NCBI GenBank assembly: GCA_030390025.1
Contig: CM059449.1
Location: forward strand, 15,748,001-15,812,000
Length of the DNA: 64,000 nucleotides
Reading direction: 5' to 3'
From: Squalus acanthias
Lineage: Eukaryota
Shown here: positions 24,036 through 35,085 of the stretch, piece after piece
Position numbering within the stretch: position 1 is the stretch's first letter
How the letters are laid out: the number at the start of each line of letters is the position of its first letter
The notes under the pieces: model-generated
Databases searched by the model: none
Told to the model about the DNA's origin: nothing
Seen by the model: the letters and a program-made list of their open reading frames with translations, nothing else
Program-made: the position numbers and the translations under genes

Positions 24036-25429
24036 TGACAGAAACATCCACGACTCTCTGCATCCTATCCCGTGGTCAGTTACGTACCCAGGTTACAGGT
24101 GAAGCCATGAATCTACCCCGCGTGTGAGTATCTGCGCGAACTGTCCTTGAGAGAGAATGCGAGTGTGTGTGTGTGTGTGTGTGTGTGTGAGCGAGAGAGA
24201 GACAGAACCATGTGCGAGAGAGATAACTGCGGTTATATATACAGCTTGCAATTCATTTTTTTTCCATTCCCTCACATCCGGACTCTGACTCAGGTTCACT
24301 CTCCCACTGCATTACTCAAATATTCCTGTCTGTACAATACCTGAATATCTTTTCTGAAATGATATCGCCGCCGAAAGGGGGAATGAATTGGGCTGCAGTT
24401 ACCTGGGCATTCGCTATGTTCTCCTGTAAGCTTATGTCTGACACATCAGGTCCATTCAGGAATATGGGGTGGATTTTCAAATTTGTGCCTGGGCGTAAAA
24501 CTGGCGTTGCGGAGCGGCCGACTGTTATTGAAACGGACTGATTTTAATTTCCATTATTTCATACTGAATTTAATGAAATATTGTATGTCTTAATTAGATA
24601 TTAAATACCCATAGCGATGTCCTCCCATCTATTTTTTTTCTTATTTATATGTGTATCTGGTTAAATCTTATTCCGATATCCCATAGTTGCTGATCACAGC
24701 ACAAGATTGTGGATTTCACCCATTTTATATTCATGACCAGCTCGCCCGCAATTCAAAAAACATCAGGTTTGTGCGGACATTCTCATAGACGCGAGATTAA
24801 CCATCTTAATATCTCAGCGCCGTGATAGTGAATTATGTCCTGGTAATATAATCAATCTCGCAGTTAAGCAGGGCTCGCCACAGTGAAGCTAACACTTTCG
24901 AGGTTGCTTATTTTGAATTGAGGCATTTAGGTGAAGAACCAATCGCCCATGGCGTAGGACAGCATCAAGGTTGGAAATAGTGGGAGGGAAGACGAGTTCA
25001 ATCAAGAAGTGATGGATAGGAATAGGAAAAGAGAGAGAGAGAGAAATGGGTTCCAATCGTGCGTGTGTGTGAGAGAGAGAAAGAGAGACTGAGGAAGACA
25101 GAGAGAGATAGAGAGAGCTAAACGTGAGAGACTGATCAGCTCTCGGGTAACGAGGTCTACTGTATCTGGTCCAGGAGAGCACAATATCTGTTGCTCCCTG
25201 AAGTATATATTGCTCTAGTACTCTGCCTGATAGGGTGGTAGATACATAATCAATAGTAGCCTTCAAAAGGGAATTGGACAAATAATTGATGAAGAAAAAG
25301 ATTGCAGGGATATGGGGAAAGAGAGAGGGGAGTGGGACTAACTGGATTGCTCTTCGAACGAGCCGGCGCAGACTCGATGGGCTGAATCGCCTCCATCTCT
25401 GCTGTACTATTCTATGATTGTATGATAAT

Positions 25430-26012
25430 GGCCCGTATTTTCCGCTCGCAGGCCTCCCACGGGCGGAGGCCTGCGATCTGGAAAATTTGTGCCCTTACCT
25501 GAGGGCTCCCAGGAGGCGCACAGTTGCGATGCTGGGCGTCTCTAAACTGCCGATGTGCAGGGCCCACGTATCCCAGAGGCGCAGGTAGGACGCAGAGTCC
25601 CTGGGATCACGTCCGCCATGGAGAGCCAATCAAAGAAGGGAATCTCCCTTCATACATTTGACAGGAAGACCTGTCAAATATATGAATGGAGATCACCCCC
25701 GTAAACTTTAAATACATTTTTAAAAAATTCACATTTTTAAAATGACTTGAAAGTACAATAAATTAATTATTTTAAACAAAACTTAAAAAAATTTCAAAAA
25801 AATAATTAAAGTTTTTTACAGGGCTAAAAATAAACTTACCTTTTTTAAAGTATTTTTAAATGATAAATCAGTGGATATTTAAAAAAAAAACTTTTTTCAA
25901 CTCTTATCCTGGTAAAAGCATGCCTTACCAGGCGCAAGAATTATAAGGGTTTTCTGCGGGCGGAGGGACTCCAAAAACGGAACTCCCCATTCGCAGAGGC
26001 CCTTCTCCGGGG
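25430..26012. mobile_element. Third, right-truncated copy of the same MITE family
   Basis: Starts ggcccgtattttcc, has the same internal motifs, and ends at the deletion junction. Confidence 0.7.
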
Positions 26013-28569
26013 CAGCTGGAGTGCAGACGAACAAATCGGGTATGTAGCACAATGACTTGGGCTATTTTTGTTATTTTTAAACCTACTGACCTCTGGTTTA
26101 CTTTTCCAGGTAGATTATCATGTAAAAAGTTCTCTCAGTTGGATGTAAAAATCTAAAGATGAAACGAGGTTGGACGGCCTCAACTTTTCTTCTTGAAGAT
26201 GTGGGGTAGATTCTCAACTTGCCACACAGGTGTAAAGCACAGGTGCAGCCCATCCCAAACGCCAGTTTTACGCACAGACGCGGCAAGTTGAAAATCGAAA
26301 TTCAATAGAGCCGGGACTAAAATATCAGTTATAATTCAACAGAAAGCAAACCAAGAAAGGCATGAAATGAAACCTGACAGTCCCAGAATTCAAACACCTG
26401 CACACACAGAAAGACACACTCACACGGACTCTCGCAAATACATATAGCCACACACAAATAAGCAGGTGCATGCACAAACATATATTGGGAATGGAAGCAG
26501 AGTGGTTATGTTACTGGACTAGTAATCCATCTAGACCTGGACTTATGATCCGTGCGACGTGAATTCAAACCCCACCACAGCAACTAGAGCAATGTAAATT
26601 TAATTATATAAATCTGGAATAAAAACCTAGCATCAGTAATGGTAACATGAAACTATCGGATTGTCGTAAATACCCATCTAGTTCACTAATATCCCTTAGG
26701 GAGGAAATCTGCCGTCCTTTCCTGGTCTGGCCTATATGTGACTCCAGAACGATAGCAATGTGGTTGACTCTTACCTGTCCTCTAAAATGGCCACTCAGTT
26801 GTAAAAAGCCGCTACGAAAAACAATGTGGGAGTGCCTTGACTGCAGCGGTTCAAAAAGGCGGCTCTCCACCACCTTCTCAAGGGCAACTAGGGATGGGCA
26901 ATAAATGCCGGCCTTGCCAGCGACGCCCACATCCCATGAAAGAATAAAAAAGCAGGGAGATACACAGGAACATTAAAATAGACCCCAAGATAGGGGCACC
27001 CAGGCAAACAAACGCACACATGCAAAAATACACCTACTTTGATAAGTCGAGATAAGGAGGAAATCTGAAGCCGTAACAGAAAATGCTGGATATGCAAAGT
27101 AGGTCAGTCAGCACCTGGAGGAGAAAACACAGGGTAACCGGTGGGCTGAGACTTTGCCTTCGAACGGAAAGTGCTCCTGAACAGTTGTTCCCAAATGTTA
27201 ATGTGACTTTCCCAGATGCTGACTGACCCACTGCTCCTGAATTCATTAAGTGTGAATTGTTCTAAATGCATGAATTTTAACATTATAATGTTGTGTTTAT
27301 TAGGTCGACTGACCCGTTGCTCCTGAATTCACTAAGTGTGGCTTGTGAATCGCTTCTAATGCATGGATTTTAACAATACTCGTAACGATGTGTTAATTAG
27401 GTTGACTATTTCCCTTGCTTGTTACTTAAATCGTGCAATCTTTGACACGCTGAAATATATTCAAAAGGACAGGAATATTTAGGATGGCGCGATCTATCCT
27501 ATTTAATGAAACAATATTTGATAGGTGGAGTCATATTCTAATTATATGTAGAATGTTCACTGATTTGAATAATATTCCATTGAAACTGCACAACATCTGG
27601 TGCGCTGGGTTTGAGGCCCTACGCTATATTCAGTTTACAATATTTTATTCAACACTGAAACACTTTCATCTCAATAGAGAGAGGGAGATGAGAAGTTGCA
27701 AACGTCACGCTGAATCTTCAAGAGAGCAATCAAACTGAGCGCCCTGTGAAGCGAGCAGCGGTGCTGTACGCTTCGGTGAAGTAAGCGGAGCCGATACATT
27801 CCACCCCAATGATGAGACGTGCCCCCCCCCCTCCCCCCACCCCCCACCCCACCACCGATGGACAAGTAGTGGAATTTCCGCAGAGTTGTCCCGATCTCCC
27901 GCCGTAACTTGGGCGGAAGCTCGGGGGTTCTGTGGGATCTTCAACGGCGGATGATTGGTGAACTCTCCATGAGAATTTCCAGGCGAATGTTTTGTCCTCT
28001 AACTTAGTGAGTGAGGTTTATCCACACATAATTCAGTAACAAGGGCTTGGAATCTCCAATACTTTAACATTAGTCTCTTTAGTGTTAGTTGTGAACATTT
28101 AACACATTTTTATGAAATGTATTAGTCCCCTATTTTTAGGGGAGTGTTATCCTCGAAAATAAACAGATTTATGCCACTATTAAAATGAAAACCAACATGT
28201 TGAGCATTCATACACGTTACTGTTCACTCAGCCTTGTCTCATCACATAACTCCTTACATTTCATCATAATCCTATAGAGTTTTTGATATTTTCGTCATAA
28301 AAGTTCTTCTCAGTTGACCCATGTCAGGTTGTATGTTGATTTTCCGTTGTACCTTCTTTAAAATTAATGTTTTATGTTGAACTCAAGGGGGGCGGGCGAA
28401 ATGACTTCTGCGGGTTCTCCCGCTCTCCTGTGGTAATGTCGGCGGAAGATCGGCGGAACTCAGAAGAAGCGCGTAATAGCTAAAGCGGTGTTCTGCCGAA
28501 CTTCCAGCGTACTCATTGCACGAGATCGGCAGAACCACCTCCCCCAGAAGTGAATACTTGGAAGGACGT

Positions 28570-28818
28570 AGAATAGAATCATAGAAAGTTACAGCACAGA
28601 AGGAGGCCATTTCGGCCCATCGTGTCCGCGCCGGCCAACAAAGAGCTGTCCAGCCTAATCCCACTTCCCAGCTCTTGGTCTGTAGCCCTGCAGTATAGAG
28701 TATCCCAAGTGCACATCTAAGTACTTTTTAAATGTGGTTAGGGTTCCTGCCTCTACCACCCTTTCAGGCAGTGAGTTCTAGAGCCCGACAACCCTCTGAG
28801 TGAAGAAATTTCCCCTGC
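28570..28818 (-). mobile_element. CR1 3' fragment present only in duplicate copy 2 (TSD ACGT)
   Basis: The empty site near 481-484 in copy 1 reads ggcagg-ACGT-ctcaaag on the reverse strand. Confidence 0.8.
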
Positions 28819-29269
28819 ACGTCTCAAAGCTCGGCACACATAACTACTTTCCGACAGATGCGGGTATATTTTTTGTCTTCACTGTCTAGCCGTCCAGCAT
28901 CGCCGGGGCACGTCATGCAGGAAAATCACATGGGAAGGTTCCAACGCTGGAATTTCCTTCCATTGATTTTGATAAAAGGAGAATCCAGCGCCTTCCGTTA
29001 CTGCAGTCCCAAGTTCCCAGCCAAACGTTCCCTTTTGCTCCTCCGAGGCTTAACTCCCAGACTCCCTCCGTGTTGCACTGGAAATCCGCCTACTTTACGT
29101 GCTCAACTCCTGGAGTGGGGCTTGAGCCGCAAACTTCTACCCCAGAATTAAGGGTTTTACCGATTAGTTGAGATTTCCACTTATGTGACAATCAATGGTG
29201 AACATTTGTGCTGTGGAACGACATTCATTAGGAACTGGGAATAGACTGTTGGACTTTATTACAAGAAGA

Positions 29270-29885
29270 TTTGTGTATACGAGTAAAGATATCTTACTGC
29301 AATTATATAGGGCCCTGGTGAGACCACACCTGGGGTATTGTGTACAGTTTGGTCTCCTTTGCTAATGAAGGATATACTTGCCATAGAGGGAGTGCAACGA
29401 AGGTTCACCAGACTGGTTCCTGGGATGGAGGTGGGGGCTGTCCTGTGAGGAGAGATTGAACAGACGAGGCCTATATTCTCTCGAGTTTAAGAGAATGAGA
29501 GGTGATCTCATTGATACATACAACATTCTTACAGGGCATTGACAGGTTAGATGCAGGGAGGATTTTTCCCCTGGCTGGGAAGTCTAGAACCAGGGGTCAC
29601 AGTCTCAGAATAAGGGGTCGGCCATTTAGGACTGAGATGAAGAGAGATTTCTTCACTCAGTTGATGGAGAATCTTTGGAATTCTCTACCTCAGAGGGCTG
29701 TGGAGGCTCCGTTGTTGAGTATATTCAAGACAGAGATCGATAGATGTTTGAATATTAAGGGAGTCAAGGGAGACAGTGTAGGAAAGTGGAGATGAGGTGG
29801 AAGATCAGCAATGATCTTATTGAATGGTGTAGCAGGCTCGAAGAGCCAGATGGCCTACTCCTGCTACTAATTCATATTATGTTCA
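29270..29885 (+). mobile_element. CR1 LINE 3' fragment
   Basis: SRTRGHSLRIRGRPFRTEM...WNSLP. Confidence 0.85.
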
Positions 29886-30649
29886 GCATTTTTAAGGGGG
29901 CCCTCACAGCCAGTAGAAAGAGCTGTCTTTCATCTGTGACTGGTTTCAGCCCTGGTCCAAGGACATGAGAGCGGATTTCAACTTTTTATTCCAATGGCTG
30001 CACTTGCTCTCATTGCCCCTGTCCTGCACAACGCCTGCCAGGAACTGAGTTGGACACCTGGACATCAACACCTCCATCATTCCATTAATTCCTCCCATTC
30101 AATGATACAGCACAGAAGGAGGGCGTTCGGCCCATCGTGCATGTGCCTATCTGTATATGTGGATAACTTAATGAATGGGATACTATTAGCTGCACAATCT
30201 GAGTGCAGATGTAAGTGCACATCACAGATCAGAAGCAGTGGCATCAGGCACATTAAGTTCACTTTAGGCCTGGAAATTGCTGTTGGTGGTATTCGTGTGT
30301 ATTTATACTCCCACATTCCCCTGTCCACCAATTTCATCCGCCCCGCAAACTTCCGCTCAGCGGCCGACGAGCTAATGGGGGATTGGGGGATTTTACCGAG
30401 CGCTCCCCACCCCCAGCCACCCCCCCCCCCCCCCCCCCGCCAACAAATCCTTCCCCAAACCTCGACTGATGAATTTGCAGCACTCTAACTATCTAAAACC
30501 GGTCTTTCCCGGGGCGCTGCGGCCTTTTCCAGGCTGCTCCCCCTTCTTGTCACGTGCTGCTGAGTTCCACACACAACCTCCCCTGGTACTCGCTGCTCCT
30601 CCAATCACACCCTCACTTTTTCCCGCTCTCTCTCACTCTCTCTCTCTCC

Positions 30650-30882
30650 GGCCACTCTCGCTTTTCCCACCTTTGGCTCATATCCCTTAATACCTTTAGT
30701 TAACAGAAATCTATCAAACGCGGATTTAAAATTAACTATTGATCTAGCATCAATTGCCGTTTGTGGAAGAGAGTTCCAAAGGTGTACCACACTTTGTGTG
30801 TAGAAGTGTTTCCTAATTTCACTCTTGAAATATCTGGCTCTAATTTTTAGACTCTGCCCCCTAGTCCTAGAATCCCCTACAG
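30650..30882 (-). mobile_element. CR1 LINE fragment
   Basis: DSRTRGQSLKIR...WNSLP. Confidence 0.8.
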
Positions 30883-31499
30883 GAAGCACTGGGGTGCACG
30901 AAAGTTGTTGCTGACAAGCTGAGGATGGGACTACTACTGATCCCAGCAAGTAAAGACCAATTTGGATTAAACACGAGAAAGAAAGCGTTCGTTTTAATCG
31001 GGGGGAAAAATTCAAGAGCTCTTTCATACATGGTGTAGATACGTCACATTATATTTGAAAGTCTCGCATAAAAGGACCAATAAAAAAGCACATCGTAAGC
31101 ATCCATGCTTTTTGAATAGATCGTGTGCAGCATTCAGTTAACGGCATTGCAAGCAAGTATGGAGGTTAGTCCCATGGCGAGCACTATTGAATTAAAAATA
31201 GCAAAACCTTTCATTATACTTAGCAAAATAAACAAAAGCAGTCCCAGAAGACATTTATAACAGCATAAAAATATCACGTTGAAGTAATACGTTATCAGAA
31301 TGTCGCTTTTGTAAAGTCAGTTGATTTCTACCACATAAGCAGCCAAGGACCTGTTCTCGAGACTTGGACAATTGTAATTTAACAACAGATAGTTCTCCCT
31401 TAGGCAGTGGAAGTGGATCTTCTTTAGAGTCACAGGATGAGTAATCAAGACTCCTGACCAGCACAAAACTGCTGTTATAATGACATTTAAAGGATTCAA

Positions 31500-31831
31500 C
31501 TACAACAACTTGTATGTATATAGCGCTTTTAACGTGGTAAAACGTCCCATGGTGCTTCACTGGAGTATTATAAGACAAAAACATAATGGACACCGAGCCA
31601 TATAGGGAGAAATTAGGGCAGATGACCAAAAGCTTGGTCAAAGAGGTAGGTTTTAAGGAGCGTCTTAAAGGAGGAAAGAGAGGTAGCGAGGCATGAGTTT
31701 TAGGCAGGGAATTCCAGAGCATAGGTCCTAGGCATCAGAAGGCACGGCCGCCAATGCTTGAGTGATTATAATCAGGGATGCTCAAGAGGGCAGAATTAGA
31801 GGAGCGCAGCTATCTCGGGGGTTGTGGGGCT
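31500..31831 (-). mobile_element. L2-type LINE 3' end, interrupted by the retroviral LTR
   Basis: LWNSLP...LK remnant and tail gcgctatatacatacaagttgttgt, shared with the Deu-SINE tail. Confidence 0.65.
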
Positions 31832-32637
31832 TGTAGGATAGGCTGTATTTGTATGATTTAGTAAAACATTTTTGTATCACTATAACATGTGAAATTGTAT
31901 GTTAAAAGCCTAAAAGCCTGTATAAAATGGCCAATGGCTGAGTGAAAAGCAGGATGGGGAAATTGTGCCAACCTGACTGAAGCTCGCTCTGTTTTCAATT
32001 ACTGAAGTAATGGAATGCAATATTAAGTTTATGGAGACTGTCAGGGAGGTGGCATTCAGTAATGTGATAGAAAAGAGATACAAGTTGGAGAGGAGAGAGT
32101 GATAAGAGAAGCACCCCTCAGTGATACGACTATAAAATGGACAGATTGTTTAGACAACATCTTGGGAAATGGTCTTTGGAAAGAGAATATCTAAAGATAA
32201 AAGAGCCCTTTGATATGCACAAAGCGAGATCTAGTGGGATCAACAAGTTCCTAAAACAATTACCAGGTGTCGGATAGCTGTTTGCAGTCACGTAGGAAGA
32301 GGGAAAAAGGTGTATAAAGATACAGATTTTGAACACTGAAGGCAGCGCGAACCAGAGTTAAAGAAGCTTCGATCGACAGAACACAGCAAGAAACCAGAGA
32401 AGCGAGCTTCAGTCGAGAGAAAGCAGCAAGAGGATAAAGAGAGCACGCCACAGTCGCTCGGAAGGAACGCCGAGGCTCAAATGAACAAGACTGTGACTAT
32501 CTCCTTGTTAAGTATGACTTCTTTGTACTGGATGTTTAATGCTTAATAAACCTGTTTTACTTATACACAATATACCTGTACCCAGAGTGGTCTGTGTGGT
32601 CATGGACAAATTATTATAAGAGCTTTTGGAAGCTGCA
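31832..32637 (+). promoter_or_regulatory. 5' LTR (~806 bp)
   Basis: Begins TGTAGG where the L2 fragment is interrupted and ends ...GCTGCA 3 nt before the PBS. TATAAA at ~32313, AATAAA at 32545. No second LTR is available to confirm the boundaries. Confidence 0.75.
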
Positions 32638-32640
32638 ATT

Positions 32641-32658
32641 TGGCGCCCAACGTGAGGC
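32641..32658 (+). promoter_or_regulatory. Primer-binding site, tRNA-Lys(CUU; Lys1,2)
   Basis: TGGCGCCCAACGTGAGGC matches the Lys1,2 PBS TGGCGCCCAACGTGGGGC at 17/18 positions. Confidence 0.9.
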
Positions 32659-32797
32659 TGTGACTATTAACTGAAACCAGGTCTATTGTGCATAAAACAG
32701 GCGTTTGGATTTTCGCTTGGATTTTCGTCTGATCAACGAGGATCCTCGTGGAAAGTTAGGTTTTCTAAGAGATAGTGTCTCTTTAACGTACAAAAGA

Positions 32798-35085
32798 ATG
32801 TCGAGTGAGAATTTCCTTGTAGATTATAAAGCGAAGTTAATGAAGAAGTGCGATGAGGCACAGTTACAGATGTTAGTAGAATGTCTAACAAAGCATGCGA
32901 AAGTACTTTTCGAGGACGTTGTGGCGTTCATTGAAAGACAAGTTAAGGAAAAGAAATGTAAGCCGGATAGGGCAGCGCAGCTAATGGCCTATGCCGCAGT
33001 GTATTGTGTAGAACAAGATAAAGAAACCTTCCTAGAGATGGAAGGTGAACAGGATAAATTAGAAAAAGACAAACTACGGCTTATAGAAGAGAATCTAACG
33101 TTACAGGGTGAGAAATTAAAATGGGAAAAAGAAGCTGTAGAATTAAACAATAAACAAGAAGTCATTCAAGGACAAATCGGTGCTGCAACAGAAATAATAC
33201 AACAGCAGATTATTAATGCAGTTCATGCCGGCGCTGCAATACTATATCTTGAGGAGGCAAAAAGCCAAATAGACTTCTTAACAAAAGTTAATGACCGTCT
33301 GATCAGCCAATTAAATGATTCAGAGGGGCCCTCAGAGAGGCTCTTCAGCGCCCCCACAGGGAGTTAGAACACAAGCATTGTCAGAATACTATACAACAGT
33401 TAGAAAATCAGTTGGCTAAACAGTGGGCTGTAATAGCGGCAGTCACGGGAGTAGACCCCCCACGAGTTATGATAAACAATGCGAGGGGTTAAGCGAGGAG
33501 CTATATTCTCCCTTGATATTTCCTTCCCGTGAGATCCCCATCTCATATGCCACCATCGACCTGGCTGAAAGACCACCAGCCTGTGCTAATAAAAATATAA
33601 TCGAAACCTCAGCGGACGAACTTGCGGCCGTTAGAGCTCCGGTTAATGTCCTGACTCGTATCCAAGTGATTCCTAACGCACCACCAGCACCAGTAGCTGA
33701 CGGTGACCCGGGACAGGCAGCACAACCAGTGGCACCTCCAGGGATACTGTAGGCAGGTACTTATGAAAGGTCCCAGCCCCTAAACTGTGCAGAACTACAG
33801 GCATGTGTCCAACAATTCGGACCAGCTAACCCACAAACATGCCCTATAGAGCTAAGGCAACGTATAGTGGTATTCCGGAATTACCATCCGGAATTACCAT
33901 CCGGAATTACCAAGTTCCCGATGTTCCCGATGGTCGGGGAGTCCAGAACCAGGGGTCACAGTCTAAGGATAAGGGGTAAGCCATTTAGGACAGAAATGAG
34001 GAGGAATTTCTTCACCCAGAGAGTGGTGAACCTGTGGAATTCTCTGCCACAGAAGGCAGTAGAGGCCAATTCATAAAATAGATTCAAGAAGGAGTTGGAT
34101 ATATTTCTTAAGGCTAAAGGGATCAAGGGATATGGGGAGAAAGCAGGGACAGGGTACTGAATTTGGATGATCAGCCATGATCGCATTGAATGGTGGAGCA
34201 GGCTAGAGGGGCCGAATGGCCTACTCCTGCTCCTATCTTCTATGATTCTATGATTCTATCCTAATTTTGAGGACAGTGATATGAAGAATGTTGTACTGTC
34301 TGCTCTGACTCCGGACATATGGACTAGTCTCCCCTTTTTGGCCTTTAATGTGGGGAACACCCTGAATGACTTAGTCACATATATACAAACAACTTTAGGC
34401 TTGGATACTATTGATTTGGTCCTGAAATTAAACCAAACCCAACTTGGGCCTCATGAGACTCCTGCTGCTTTCGGAGATCGGTTGTACACTATTTATGAAA
34501 TGACGCAAGCACGCCCCGATGCTGATGCATTGAACGGGAAGGATGAAGCAGGATTGAAGAAAATATATTTAAAAGAATATTCAGACCTCACTGCGAGCAG
34601 CTTTAGGGCACATGGTCAGCCACAACTTGCAATGGACAGCCCTTTTAAGAGACGCTACTTCTGCATGGGCCTATGCTAAAATTCAGGTCCAGGCATCAAC
34701 AACAGAAACGCCAGTAAGTGTAGTTGAGGGACCCCAGGCTTCTCTAGTATCAAACCCCCGTAGACAATCGTTCATGTGTTACAATTGCGGTAAGATGGGA
34801 CACTTTGCGAAACATTGCCGAAGTCCTAGACAAACAGGCTCGGGAGGTGGGAGAAATAACATTAATTACCCGAGATATGGTCCGTCCCGTTCACCTCCTC
34901 TAGTGGATAGCAGGTTGGACGCTATGGACTCACGTATTGAAAGAATGTCATGTATGATGCAAACACTTACAGGAACCCAGATGTCGGGGAGTCCTGTGGC
35001 CCCAACTATGAGTTCGAATCCGACTCCCGCTATGAGCTCATTATTCCCGCCCCCACCACTGCAACAACCCAATGGCCCACAATGA
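32798..35085 (+). pseudogene. gag: gag (N-terminal coiled coil, capsid-like region, CCHC zinc knuckle), disrupted
   Basis: ORF pieces 32705-33367, 33423-33752, 34281-34679 and 34612-35085. Knuckle CYNCGKMGHFAKHC. Frameshifts, stops and a CR1 insert at ~33915-34257. Confidence 0.85.
33915..34257 (+). mobile_element. CR1 3' fragment inserted in gag
   Basis: ESRTRGHSLRIRGKPF and (tatgattc)n tail. Gag reads ...VFRNYH|PNFEDSDMK across it. Confidence 0.9.

Larger units (their letters stand above)
24551..28920. repeat. Inverted duplicate of 435-4420 plus 9737-10638, lacking the intervening ~5.3 kb
   Basis: Colinear reverse-complement homology. Blocks A and B are joined through a truncated MITE at 25430-26012. 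Confidence 0.9.
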
